A DNA stretch of 64,000 nt from a virus (Duplodnaviria > Caudoviricetes). The notes under the pieces were generated by a model. That model made no database searches. It saw only the letters and a list, made by a program, of their open reading frames with translations, and was not told the DNA's origin. Location: the IMG/VR virus record IMGVR_UViG_3300022915_000001, positions 1-64,000 of that record. The stretch is one strand, 5' to 3'. Positions 53,739 through 62,266 of the stretch are shown here, piece after piece (position 1 is the stretch's first letter; every line of letters begins with the position of its first letter). A program made the translations under genes and the position numbers.

Positions 53739-54443
53739 ATGGCAAATTTCCGAGACTACTTCGCGTATAACCGCGACACCGATCAGAGCGAACGGATGGC
53801 AATCCCCGAGTGGGCGCTTGCCGCCGGTTTCGAGGACGCTTCCTACTCCAACGACGTGGCGGCGCAGATGACGCTGAAGTCGAACCCGTGGATCGCGCTC
53901 TTTGTGAGCGAAGAGCATCCGCTCAACCGGGAGTACCCCGACGAGCCGCGCTACGGTCTGGGCGTGTTCCCGCTCTACGACGGCGATACCGGCGAGGCTG
54001 AGTTCTTCCTCAAGTCCGACGACGAGGCTGAGATCCTCGCGTTCCTCGCGTCCCCGCCGCCGAGGTTCACGGCGATGGCGGCTCCCGGCGCGGAGGGCGC
54101 GGCTGACCGGCCCAAGCCGATCCGGTGCGCCAGTGAGCACTGCCATCAGGAGGTGCAGCCGGTCCCCGCCGGTCTGGACCCGTCCTTGTGCGCGTTGTGC
54201 AACGCAGAGGCGGCTGAAGAGAAGTTTGAAGCCGAGCGCAAGGCGTGGGCGCGGCGTCACGGCATCGCCCAGCGCATGGTGACGGTGACCGTGGCCTCCG
54301 AGGACGGCGAGGTGCTCGATCAATTCGAGGTGCGCCACTGGCAGGACGAGGACATGGGCGAGGACGCCGAGGGCGTCTGGTCTGGCGCAGCCGAGGGGTT
54401 GCTCACGGCGCGGATACGCCGGTACGTTCACGACGGGCAATAG
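53739..54443 (+). CDS. Early protein, paralogous domain A (IPEWA...GFED.S)
   Basis: Shares its N-terminal domain with 54517 and 55791. Confidence 0.65.
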   Translation: MANFRDYFAYNRDTDQSERMAIPEWALAAGFEDASYSNDVAAQMTLKSNPWIALFVSEEHPLNREYPDEPRYGLGVFPLYDGDTGEAEFFLKSDDEAEILAFLASPPPRFTAMAAPGAEGAADRPKPIRCASEHCHQEVQPVPAGLDPSLCALCNAEAAEEKFEAERKAWARRHGIAQRMVTVTVASEDGEVLDQFEVRHWQDEDMGEDAEGVWSGAAEGLLTARIRRYVHDGQ

Positions 54444-54516
54444 GCTCACAAGGGACCGGCGCACGCCGCCGGTTCAAGTGCGAATCTATCGCAAATTCCG
54501 AGACGAGGTGAAGACA

Positions 54517-55284
54517 ATGACCGAATACGATGCGGCAGAACTGGACCGCGAGATGCAGGGCCACAAGATCCCCATGTGGGCGTGGAAGGCGGGGTTCGAC
54601 TGGAACTGGTTTCGCGACGACGAGATCAACTCCATCGGCGGGACGCGCGGGATGGCGCGGCTCTGGATCGCCGACAAAGGCAAGGAATCGCCCTGCCGCT
54701 ACACGCTGCTGAACAGCGTCATCGACACCGACGAGACGAAGACGTTTCTCAGGACCGACGACGCCGCTGACGTGATCGCCTTCCTGGCCGATCCCCCGGC
54801 TGAGTGGACGGCGTGGGAAGTGGCGAACGAGATCATGCACGATGCAACCGATTTGGGCGGCAAGGGGTTCGCGCTGGCCGAGATCAAGTGCTTCGAGGAT
54901 CTGCACAACCATCTGGACCCGAACGAGTACGGCTCCAGCGCACGGCAAGCGGCTGACGGCACGCCGGGAGCGCCGGGATGGCATCCCGACGAAACGCTCG
55001 ATTGCGCGTACTGGAACGACGTTCACGAGCGCGTCGATCAGTGGATCAGAAACGGCTTCTGCTTCGCACGCATGAGGGCCGAGCAGCGGTACGCCAAGGC
55101 GAAGAAGCTGCTCGCCGAGGCGGTGGAGGCGGGGATGGTGTACGGCGCTGCCGTCCAGACCTTGCAGGACGAGATGCGCGTGGCCTTCTCAGACAACCTG
55201 CTCGTCATCAGCGAAGCCGATATCGAGTACGGCACGACGTTCGATCAGTTGTGCGATGCCGTGGGCGTGGAGGTGTCGAAATGA
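54517..55284 (+). CDS. Early protein, domain A plus C-terminal domain B
   Basis: IPMWAWKAGF...LRTDDAADVIAFLADPP; C-terminus LLAEA...Y..A...L...MRVAFSDN. Confidence 0.65.
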   Translation: MTEYDAAELDREMQGHKIPMWAWKAGFDWNWFRDDEINSIGGTRGMARLWIADKGKESPCRYTLLNSVIDTDETKTFLRTDDAADVIAFLADPPAEWTAWEVANEIMHDATDLGGKGFALAEIKCFEDLHNHLDPNEYGSSARQAADGTPGAPGWHPDETLDCAYWNDVHERVDQWIRNGFCFARMRAEQRYAKAKKLLAEAVEAGMVYGAAVQTLQDEMRVAFSDNLLVISEADIEYGTTFDQLCDAVGVEVSK

Positions 55285-55724
55285 CGGCGCTCTCGCCCGA
55301 GGCCATCGCCGAGACCATCTACGTCAAGGCGTGCGAGGCCAAGCGCGGCTGGAATCCCACGGTGACGCCGCCGCGCCTGACCAACGACCAGAAGTGGGCG
55401 GCGGCGGTGATCGCGTGGGGGCAGTTCCGCGCCGATTACCGCCGGTCTTTGAAGCGCCACGGCGAGTGGCACGAGGTCTGCGAGGGCATGGACGCCAAGA
55501 TCCAGGCGTATGCCTTGGAGGGCGGCGACGGCGGCGTGTCGGTCTGGGCCGACTACTGCGACGACTTCCAGTACGTCTGGGACGTGCTGGAGGCTATGGG
55601 CGCGGTCTGGGAGATACCGGACGAGGCGCAGGACGAGGACGACTGGCAGTGCGGCGGCGGCGAGACCGACGCCATCGAAGAGGTCATGGACATGGTGAAC
55701 AGTCCCGGCTTCGAGCGCCGGTAG
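55281..55724 (+). CDS. Acidic early-region hypothetical protein
   Basis: ATGA-coupled. Confidence 0.55.
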   Translation: MTALSPEAIAETIYVKACEAKRGWNPTVTPPRLTNDQKWAAAVIAWGQFRADYRRSLKRHGEWHEVCEGMDAKIQAYALEGGDGGVSVWADYCDDFQYVWDVLEAMGAVWEIPDEAQDEDDWQCGGGETDAIEEVMDMVNSPGFERR

Positions 55725-55790
55725 AGTGTCGCGGAGGGCGCAGTGACAGTGCGCCACGCTGGGATACTTTCCCGAGAAGAGGTGAAGGCA

Positions 55791-56330
55791 ATGGCAAAGT
55801 TTCAGGATTACTACGACCAGGAGATTCCCCAGTGGGCGCTGGACATGGGGTTCAGCGACTGGAGTTGGCACGGCGATCTGGCCGCGATCATGAAGTGGGA
55901 CCGGCATACCGGCGTGGGCGCGGAGAACGGCGTGTCGCTCTGGGTAGGCTTCGAGATCGACAGCGACTACTTCGCTGGCTGCGAGAAGCAGCCGCGCTTC
56001 CAGGTGACGGTCGAAATCGGCCACTCGTCCACGACGTACCTGGAGACCGAGGACGAGGACGAGGTGCGCCGGTTCCTCCAGGAGCCGAGCGGCGCATTCC
56101 GGGCGGCGCTGGACGAGGCGAGGGCGGCTGAGGGGTACAACGGCGTGGCGGCGATGCTCTCCGACGCCAAGGCGGCACAGGAGATCTACTGGAGGGCGCT
56201 GGACGAGTTGGCGAAGCAGATGCGCTTTGCCTTCGACAACGACTCGATCACGCTGGAGCGCACCAAGGGCGCGGCGCTGCCGAGCCTTCCCGCGCTGGTG
56301 CAGCTGTACGAACTCCACGAGGAGCGGTAA
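55791..56330 (+). CDS. Early protein, domain A plus domain B
   Basis: IPQWALDMGFSDWS...LETEDEDEVRRFLQEP...MLSDA...YWRALDELAKQMRFAFDND. Confidence 0.65.
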   Translation: MAKFQDYYDQEIPQWALDMGFSDWSWHGDLAAIMKWDRHTGVGAENGVSLWVGFEIDSDYFAGCEKQPRFQVTVEIGHSSTTYLETEDEDEVRRFLQEPSGAFRAALDEARAAEGYNGVAAMLSDAKAAQEIYWRALDELAKQMRFAFDNDSITLERTKGAALPSLPALVQLYELHEER

Positions 56331-56396
56331 GCATCGCGGAGGGCGCACCGGCAAACTGTGCGCCGCTCTGGGATTCTTTCCCCTGAGGTGAAGACG

Positions 56397-56645
56397 ATGA
56401 AGTACAGAAGAACGGCTGAGAACCGGGAACGCGCGGCGCGAGCCGAGGGCGTGCTGCTCTCCTATGCCAAGTGGTGCAACGAGGAGGCCATCTCCGATTC
56501 GACCGTGCGTGACCTGATCCAGGACATTATGCACTGGGAGGCTTGCGAGAACAAGCTGACCGGCGACAAGGCGCGGGACTCCGTTTCGGCGGCGTGCGAG
56601 ACGGCGTGGTGGGACTTCGCCAACGAGACGGGAGGGCGGTCATGA
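56397..56645 (+). CDS. Small helical phage protein
   Basis: NRERAARA..VL..Y...DLIQDIMH pattern; follows a leader copy. Confidence 0.6.
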   Translation: MKYRRTAENRERAARAEGVLLSYAKWCNEEAISDSTVRDLIQDIMHWEACENKLTGDKARDSVSAACETAWWDFANETGGRS

Positions 56646-56857
56646 CCGTGCGCGAGGTCTTCTTCGTAGAGGAGGTGCGGCGCGTCCGGTCCCGCTCGAA
56701 GGTGCGCGACGTGTTCATGACCGTGGCCGAGGCTGCGGACGCGATCAAGGCGTGGGAGCGCGACGACGCCTTCGCGCTGGGGCCGTACAAGGCGGCGAAG
56801 ATTCGCCGCCATATCGTGCGCGGCGTGGCCGAGATGCTTGAGGAGGTGTCCTGGTGA
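56642..56857 (+). CDS. Hypothetical protein
   Basis: ATGA-coupled. Confidence 0.5.
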   Translation: MTVREVFFVEEVRRVRSRSKVRDVFMTVAEAADAIKAWERDDAFALGPYKAAKIRRHIVRGVAEMLEEVSW

Positions 56858-57153
56858 GGCGGCGCTGGCGCGAGGCGCTGGTACTGGCGGCTGGACCGGC
56901 GGCGGTCCTCGCCGCCCTGCTCTGGGCCTGGTCACCAGGCGCGGACCAGGCGCACAAGGCCGGCCGCGAAATCGCCGGCGACTGGCCGGCAGCCCTCGAG
57001 ACCGACGCCGCGGCGAACGCGGCCGGCCTTGCCGGTTGCGTGACCGACTGGGAGTGCGAGCTCGCCGAACGGGCGGCTATCGCCGCTTTCGAGATCCTAT
57101 GCTTCGAGGGGAAGGTTCCCTGCATCGACCGCAGGAAAGAGGTGAAGAAATGA
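56854..57153 (+). CDS. Membrane-anchored small protein
   Basis: Basic N-terminus plus hydrophobic segment. Confidence 0.45.
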   Translation: MRRRWREALVLAAGPAAVLAALLWAWSPGADQAHKAGREIAGDWPAALETDAAANAAGLAGCVTDWECELAERAAIAAFEILCFEGKVPCIDRRKEVKK

Positions 57154-57527
57154 TGACAACGAAACGGGCGTGGACGCTGATGTACCGCGCCATGCGGACG
57201 GGCCGGTCCTGCCAGACGGCTGCCGGGGATTACCGGGAGTGGTGTGCGCGGGACTTCTACGGGAACCGGCCCGAGGGCGTGAGCGAGGAGGCGTGGCGTG
57301 CCTTCTGCGACTACGCCGAGGAGGAGGCCGACTGTGCGCGGCGCGGCGTCAGGCGGCTGCTCTGGAAGGCCACGTACCTGAACGCCGGGGGCAAGGTGCT
57401 CTCGCGCTACGGCCAGTGGTACAGCGTGTCCGATTATCTGGGAGCGCCCGAGCGGCATCTCAGGATCGAGGCGAGCTTCGCCCAGCGGCTCAAGCGGTGC
57501 GCCGAGATCGCACGGGAGATCCAGTGA
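57150..57527 (+). CDS. Hypothetical protein
   Basis: RBS GAGGTGAA. Confidence 0.55.
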   Translation: MMTTKRAWTLMYRAMRTGRSCQTAAGDYREWCARDFYGNRPEGVSEEAWRAFCDYAEEEADCARRGVRRLLWKATYLNAGGKVLSRYGQWYSVSDYLGAPERHLRIEASFAQRLKRCAEIAREIQ

Positions 57528-57748
57528 TGGACGCCCACGATTCCCGGCAGGACTACGGCACGCCCGAGGAGATCATGGCGTGGGTCATGGCGAAGCCGGT
57601 CAACCGGCGCGTGCGCGTGCGGTGCGGCTCCTGCTACGCGCAGGATCTGGAGACGTGCGCTCACCAGCCTGACCGAGTCAGGTGCGGCTACTGCTACGCC
57701 CGAGGGGAGCAGCACTGTCCGCACGCAGGCGCACTCACGGGCGGCTGA
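57527..57748 (+). CDS. Cys-rich small protein with tandem RVRCGxCYA
   Basis: Two RVRCG[SY]CYA motifs. Confidence 0.5.
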   Translation: MDAHDSRQDYGTPEEIMAWVMAKPVNRRVRVRCGSCYAQDLETCAHQPDRVRCGYCYARGEQHCPHAGALTGG

Positions 57749-57762
57749 ATGATCGTGCCGCA

Positions 57763-57799
57763 AATAAAAGTTGCGGCGGGTATTTGAAAGTGTCATCAT
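57763..57799 (+). promoter_or_regulatory. Early promoter TTGCGG-N17-CATCAT; -35 lies within inverted repeat GCCGCAA-N7-TTGCGGC
   Basis: Read directly; paralogous to the promoter at 53681. Confidence 0.55.
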
Positions 57800-57817
57800 C
57801 ATAGAGAGGTGAAGTTC

Positions 57818-57994
57818 ATGTTTGGAAAACGGTTCGACAAATTCTCCGAGGCCGAGCAGACGCTGATCGCGTCCGCGCTGGGCATCGCGATTTCGTATTG
57901 GCAGATCGATGCGGCTGCCGCGCCGGTCCTGGCCGAGAGTTTCGGCAAGTTTACCGGCGAGGCCCAGAAGCTCCGCGAAGAGTTGGGGTACTAG
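57818..57994 (+). CDS. Hypothetical protein
   Basis: RBS GAGGTGAA then ATG 57818. Confidence 0.55.
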   Translation: MFGKRFDKFSEAEQTLIASALGIAISYWQIDAAAAPVLAESFGKFTGEAQKLREELGY

Positions 57995-57998
57995 GGCG

Positions 57999-58238
57999 AT
58001 GGCGAAGCGCACCTATGTACATGGCGAGTGCTTTGGGAGCGTGTTCCGCTTCTCGCAGACCAAGTGGCGGCTCATGCTGAAGGAAGTGGCCGCTGGCCGG
58101 GACGTGGACTACGCCAAGTACGGCGTCGAAGTGGCCGTGATCGATCACCACATAACGGACCTCTGGCAGGAGGACGCCGTCGAACTCCTGAAGGATTCGA
58201 CCATGCGGCTGACCAAGAAACAGAGGCGCGGCGAGTAG
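57999..58238 (+). CDS. Hypothetical protein
   Basis: MAKRTYVHGECFG... Confidence 0.5.
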   Translation: MAKRTYVHGECFGSVFRFSQTKWRLMLKEVAAGRDVDYAKYGVEVAVIDHHITDLWQEDAVELLKDSTMRLTKKQRRGE

Positions 58239-58312
58239 GAAAGCATCGCGCGTGCGGCACTGATTCGGACAGTGCCAATCGCGGGACATTTTCCCGAGGT
58301 GAAACAACAGCA

Positions 58313-58600
58313 ATGGTATTGACGATTTTGCAATGGAGGGCTTACGGAGACGACGAGGACTGCCTCAGTGTCGCGCTCTACAACGACGACGCGAGCACCG
58401 ATCACGGGTTCGATCAGGCGCGGCGTCTGGCGAAGCGGGAAGCCAAGCAGCACGGGCTGCGCTACGATCCCGACGCCGAGAACATGGGCGATGAACCGGA
58501 CGATCTGATCTTCATCAACTCGCTGACCTACGACGACGGCGAAGTGCTGAAGGCCAACAACGGCAAGAAGTACAAGATCCGTTTCGAGGAGGTGCAGTGA
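58313..58600 (+). CDS. Acidic hypothetical protein
   Basis: Follows a leader copy. Confidence 0.55.
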   Translation: MVLTILQWRAYGDDEDCLSVALYNDDASTDHGFDQARRLAKREAKQHGLRYDPDAENMGDEPDDLIFINSLTYDDGEVLKANNGKKYKIRFEEVQ

Positions 58601-59055
58601 TGGACAGGCAAAGATACCTGACGCGCAAGGACGAGAACGTGGGCGTGGGCGAGTTCGACAGTATCGCGTGGGCCTTCGAGGTCCACGTCAAGCAGCCAGA
58701 CCGGCCCGAGCTTCAGTTCGCCGTGATGCACGGCCACAACGAGGACGCGCCCGACTACATCGACTTCTACCAGCAAGCCGAGCCGTCGTACTTCGACGTA
58801 CCGGCCTTGACCTGGCGTGCCGAGGCGGCCAAGATCCTCGCAGGCGACGAAGGGGACGATCCGCTGGCCGAGTGCCGGCGGCTCCTGGAGGCGGCGCAGG
58901 ACGCGCAGTACGCCTACGAAGATGCGCTGGGCCGTCTCGAGCGCGGCATGGAGAAGGTATTCGGCGAATCGCTCGAGATCGAGGGCGAGGATATCTCCGA
59001 GGGCGTGGACCTCGAAGACCTGATCGCGCAGCACGGACTGGAGATGCCCAAATGA
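58597..59055 (+). CDS. Early protein with C-terminal domain B
   Basis: LLEAAQDAQYAYEDALGRLERGMEKVFGESLEIEGEDI, similar to the C-termini of 54517 and 55791. Confidence 0.6.
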   Translation: MMDRQRYLTRKDENVGVGEFDSIAWAFEVHVKQPDRPELQFAVMHGHNEDAPDYIDFYQQAEPSYFDVPALTWRAEAAKILAGDEGDDPLAECRRLLEAAQDAQYAYEDALGRLERGMEKVFGESLEIEGEDISEGVDLEDLIAQHGLEMPK

Positions 59056-59648
59056 GCGCGACGAAGGAGTGGCATTTCTTCTACGATCACGCGCCGTTCT
59101 CGTTCAACCGCGCCAAGGAGACGCAACTCGAAGGCAGGATGCGGTGCGCCAACGAACTGATGATGGCCGAGGAGTACGCCAAGGAGTCCGACTGGGAGTA
59201 CGACTGGGATATCGATCCCGACGCCGAGCCGGTCGATCCCGCCGACAAGGACGAGGCCGGGGAGGCGCTCTACTGCCGGTTGGTAAACCGCCACGGTCTG
59301 GTGCTCGAATCGCTCTACGGGATCTGGGAGCCGACGAAGGAGTACCGGCGCGTCGTGGAAGCCGAGCTTGCGCTGGAGGCGATGGCACGCGAACTGGGAA
59401 TGGCGCGGCCCTGCGGGCAATGCGGCCGGCCGGTTTCCAAAGGGCCGGTTGGCTACGACGAGGAGTGCCGGTGCGCCGAGCACGGCGGCGAGACGACGCC
59501 GGTCCCGCTGACCGACGACGATCTGTGCCTGCTGATTACCGGCTGCGACGATCACGAGGGCCAGGAGTGCTTCGAGGAACTGGGGAGGCGCTTACGGGCG
59601 GCTCGCGTCGAGTTCCGCGTGCGCCGCCGGGGAGCGTTGAAGCGGTAA
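59052..59648 (+). CDS. Hypothetical protein with zinc ribbon
   Basis: SLYGI...YRRVVEAELA recurring phage motif; CGQC...CRC. Confidence 0.6.
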   Translation: MSATKEWHFFYDHAPFSFNRAKETQLEGRMRCANELMMAEEYAKESDWEYDWDIDPDAEPVDPADKDEAGEALYCRLVNRHGLVLESLYGIWEPTKEYRRVVEAELALEAMARELGMARPCGQCGRPVSKGPVGYDEECRCAEHGGETTPVPLTDDDLCLLITGCDDHEGQECFEELGRRLRAARVEFRVRRRGALKR

Positions 59649-59716
59649 GAGAGTCGCGGAGGGCGCACTCGCGGTGAGTGCGCTCCGCTGGGATTCTTTC
59701 CCGTTGAGGTGAAGAC

Positions 59717-60100
59717 ATGAATGAGAAGAGACTCGCCGAGGCGGTGCTCGATTGGATGGCGAACAACCAGCCAGCGGAACGCAAGAAGCAGTGCGCCCAT
59801 TGCGCGAACACTGCCGCGCAAGGCAGCGCGTTGTGCGACGACTGCATCGCCGCCAAGCTGGGACCGGACGTGAGCGTGGGGGCCTGGTCCAGGATTTCCG
59901 AGATGCCGCCCAAGGACTGGCGGCTGCGCTGCGCCATGTGCGGCGCTCTGGACGGCCTCGCGCACCACGATGCCATGCAGAACGGCGTCGTCGTGGCGCT
60001 GCGCCGCAGCCGGTTGCGGAACCGCTGGGAGTGCCAGCCCTGCAACGCCGGGATGGCGGCGCTCAGGCGCGACGAGAAGCGAAAGAAGGCGGCGAGATGA
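59717..60100 (+). CDS. Double zinc-finger protein
   Basis: CAHC...CDDC and CAMC...CQPC. Confidence 0.6.
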   Translation: MNEKRLAEAVLDWMANNQPAERKKQCAHCANTAAQGSALCDDCIAAKLGPDVSVGAWSRISEMPPKDWRLRCAMCGALDGLAHHDAMQNGVVVALRRSRLRNRWECQPCNAGMAALRRDEKRKKAAR

Positions 60101-60339
60101 CGGTGAAGTGCGAGTGCGGCGAAGTCTACGGCTTCGCCTGCGCTTGGGAAGGGCCGGTGGACGAGACGTGCGTCGTCGAGTGGATGCCCGAGTACCTGCG
60201 GGCGAACCATGAGAACGCCGGGAACCCCGGCGTGTACCCGATGAATGGCTCGATCCGTATGCGGGTCGAAGAGGAGTGCGCGGAGAATATCCTGCGCGAC
60301 GATCCCGAGTGGGCGGCCATCGTGGAGGAGAAGTCATGA
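60097..60339 (+). CDS. Hypothetical Cys-containing protein
   Basis: VVEWMPEYLRANH..AGN.GVYP.NG. Confidence 0.55.
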   Translation: MTVKCECGEVYGFACAWEGPVDETCVVEWMPEYLRANHENAGNPGVYPMNGSIRMRVEEECAENILRDDPEWAAIVEEKS

Positions 60340-60569
60340 CGACGATTGACAGACGGCTGGTGCGCGAGACGGCGGTATACAAGCGGGACGGCGGGCGCTC
60401 ACGGGCGCTGGTGATCGAACTCTACCCGACGCACCTGGCATTGCGCGGCAAGGGTTCGCCGCGGCGGCTGCGCGTGCCATACGACGCGATCTATGACCTC
60501 GCGTCGAAGCTCCTCGCCAGGGCCGAGCGTGCCGAGAAGGCAGAGAAGAAGAAGGGAGGAAAGCGATGA
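60336..60569 (+). CDS. Small basic phage protein
   Basis: LVIELYP..LALRGKG...VPYDAIY...AERAEK. Confidence 0.55.
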   Translation: MTTIDRRLVRETAVYKRDGGRSRALVIELYPTHLALRGKGSPRRLRVPYDAIYDLASKLLARAERAEKAEKKKGGKR

Positions 60570-60763
60570 CCTACTGGCTCAATATCCACTGGGCAGACGG
60601 GACCGAGTCCAACTACAGCGATTCTCAGACGCCGGTCTACAAGACACGGGCGGCTGCCCTGAAGAACGGCGCCGAGTGGAGCGAAGCGACCGGCTGCCCA
60701 GTCTACGTGATCGGGGAAGGCACGGTAGTGGCCGAGTTCCGCGAGGGAAAGGAGGTGCGATGA
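60566..60763 (+). CDS. Hypothetical protein
   Basis: ATGA-coupled. Confidence 0.5.
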   Translation: MTYWLNIHWADGTESNYSDSQTPVYKTRAAALKNGAEWSEATGCPVYVIGEGTVVAEFREGKEVR

Positions 60764-60933
60764 GCACCAGGAAAGCGAAGCCTAAGAAGCGGGGACGCAA
60801 GAAGGGAGATCCCACGAACAAGGGGAGACCGGCGGGACTGACGGTCCCGTGCTGGTGGGGATGCGGCGAGGTGATCAGCGGCGTGACGCTGCGGCCTCAC
60901 TGGCGCAACTGCCCCAACCGGCCAGCGAGTTAG
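60760..60933 (+). CDS. AT-hook-like plus zinc-knuckle small protein
   Basis: KKRGRKK, KGRP, CWWGC...H..NC; RBS GGAGGTG. Confidence 0.55.
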   Translation: MSTRKAKPKKRGRKKGDPTNKGRPAGLTVPCWWGCGEVISGVTLRPHWRNCPNRPAS

Positions 60934-60979
60934 AAAAACAAAAAGGACGGCGGCCCAGCGAGGGTATCACGCCGTCCTT
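60934..60979 (-). terminator. Intrinsic terminator (minus strand)
   Basis: 10-bp stem AAGGACGGCG/CGCCGTCCTT followed on the minus strand by TTTTTGTTTTT. Confidence 0.6.
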
Positions 60980-61026
60980 CGTTGTTATGTGGAAGTCCGC
61001 TCAGTGTACAACAAAAGGAGAAGGAC

Positions 61027-61209
61027 ATGGCACAGAAGAAGAAAGACCTGGAGGTTCTGCGCGAGTTCATCGAAGAGGCGGCTGTTTCGAGGGAGCAGTT
61101 GAACGACGATCCTGCCCCGGCCTCCGAGCGCGTCCAGGACACCGCCTGGTCCGATGCCTTCTGCGCCGGTTGCGGCCGGCCTTGGGTGAATTGCGATTGC
61201 GACAGGTAA
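61027..61209 (+). CDS. Small protein with C-terminal CxxC...CxC
   Basis: RBS AGGAGAAGGA. Confidence 0.5.
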   Translation: MAQKKKDLEVLREFIEEAAVSREQLNDDPAPASERVQDTAWSDAFCAGCGRPWVNCDCDR

Positions 61210-61218
61210 GATAGCGGG

Positions 61219-61518
61219 ATGCCTACCAGTCTCACGCTCACGCTCCGCTGCCAGAACAAGTCGCTCTCGCCGTCGATTCCGGTGACCGGCACGCCCAGTG
61301 CCGAGGGCGTGAACGTGCAGTTGCAACTGATGAGCGCCGGCGCCGTGGCAACGGCGGCGTCCGTCCAGATCACCGTGCCGATGGTGAGCGACACCTTCGT
61401 GATGGGCGGCTACTACGCCGTGAACATCATCGACGGCGCGGCCCCGAGCGGCGCTAGCGTGTGTCCTGATCCTGTCCCACAAGCAGCGGCGGCGAAGGCC
61501 CCTCCCCCGGCAAAATAA
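61219..61518 (+). CDS. Hypothetical beta-rich protein
   Basis: 99 aa; overlaps the 3' end of the convergent MBL gene. Confidence 0.45.
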   Translation: MPTSLTLTLRCQNKSLSPSIPVTGTPSAEGVNVQLQLMSAGAVATAASVQITVPMVSDTFVMGGYYAVNIIDGAAPSGASVCPDPVPQAAAAKAPPPAK

Positions 61519-62266
61519 CCGTCACCACGGGCGGCTGGTCGAAGACACGCGCGGCGATGGCCTGGTCTGCCATGAGGCGCACGATATTCGGATCGTTGGT
61601 AGTGGTGGAGAGGTGGCCGAGGTAGAGGTTGTGCGTGCGCGAACTCATGTGATCGGTGATCCACTGACAGGCGGCTGAGTTGGACAGGTGGAACTTCGAG
61701 ATGCGCTGCTTGAGCGTGTAGGCGTATGGGCCGGCAGCCAGCATATCGGGATCGTGATTGGATTCGAGGAGCAGGAAGTCGGCCATCGCGAGGTACTCGC
61801 CGAGGTGCGAGTCGATCTCGCCGAGGTCCAAGGCGAACGTGGCGCGGTTCCCCTCCCTGTCCGCGACAGTGAACCCCAGGGGATCGCCGCAGTCGTGCTT
61901 CACCGTGAACGTCTCGCAGTGGAACGCGCCTACCTCGAAGGTGTCGAACTGCGCGACGTTCCGATACCAGTGCGGCGAGATGCCCTTCTTCAGCGCATCG
62001 TAGGTGCGCCACGTACAGTAGACCGGCACGAGCCGGCCGGCACGCCGCCAGTGCCTGACGAGGTTGGCGAGGCCCCCGGCGTGATCGAGGTGCGGATGCG
62101 TGACGAGGACCGCGCTGATCTCGTCGAGGTCTTCGCCGATGGCTTTCAGGCGGGCCCGGGTATCGGCTACCGACAGACCGGCGTCGATCAACAGGCGGGT
62201 GCCATCGCTCGAGACGAAGGTCGAATTGCCGGCGCTGGACGTGGCGAGGACGGAGATCTTCATCAT
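61454..62266 (-). CDS. MBL-fold metallo-hydrolase (YycJ/WalJ-like)
   Basis: SSAGNS, LLIDAG, THPHLDH (HxHxDH), KHD, LESNHD, HLSN and HLS motifs. Confidence 0.88.
   Translation of the reverse strand: MMKISVLATSSAGNSTFVSSDGTRLLIDAGLSVADTRARLKAIGEDLDEISAVLVTHPHLDHAGGLANLVRHWRRAGRLVPVYCTWRTYDALKKGISPHWYRNVAQFDTFEVGAFHCETFTVKHDCGDPLGFTVADREGNRATFALDLGEIDSHLGEYLAMADFLLLESNHDPDMLAAGPYAYTLKQRISKFHLSNSAACQWITDHMSSRTHNLYLGHLSTTTNDPNIVRLMADQAIAARVFDQPPVVTVILPGEGPSPPLLVGQDQDTR

Larger units (their letters stand above)
50601..59716 (+). repeat. Dispersed intergenic double-hairpin leader (8 clear copies; 2 divergent copies at 49778-49857 and 54441-54516)
   Basis: Clear copies at 50601, 51226, 52083, 52924, 55722, 56328, 58236 and 59646. 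Consensus: stop-..TCGCGG[AC]G-stem1-ACNCT-GGGA-N4/5-TCCC-..GAGGTGAA-N3/9-ATG. Confidence 0.9.

Noticed and set aside
50601-59716. Dispersed repeats as a CRISPR array or RNA anti-CRISPR repeat mimics (some begin GTCGC and end TGAAAC/TGAAGAC)
   Set aside because: Units are 60-85 nt, separated by whole genes, variable in sequence, and their 3' end is explained by an extended Shine-Dalgarno. No cas genes are present. Mimicry cannot be excluded but has no direct support.
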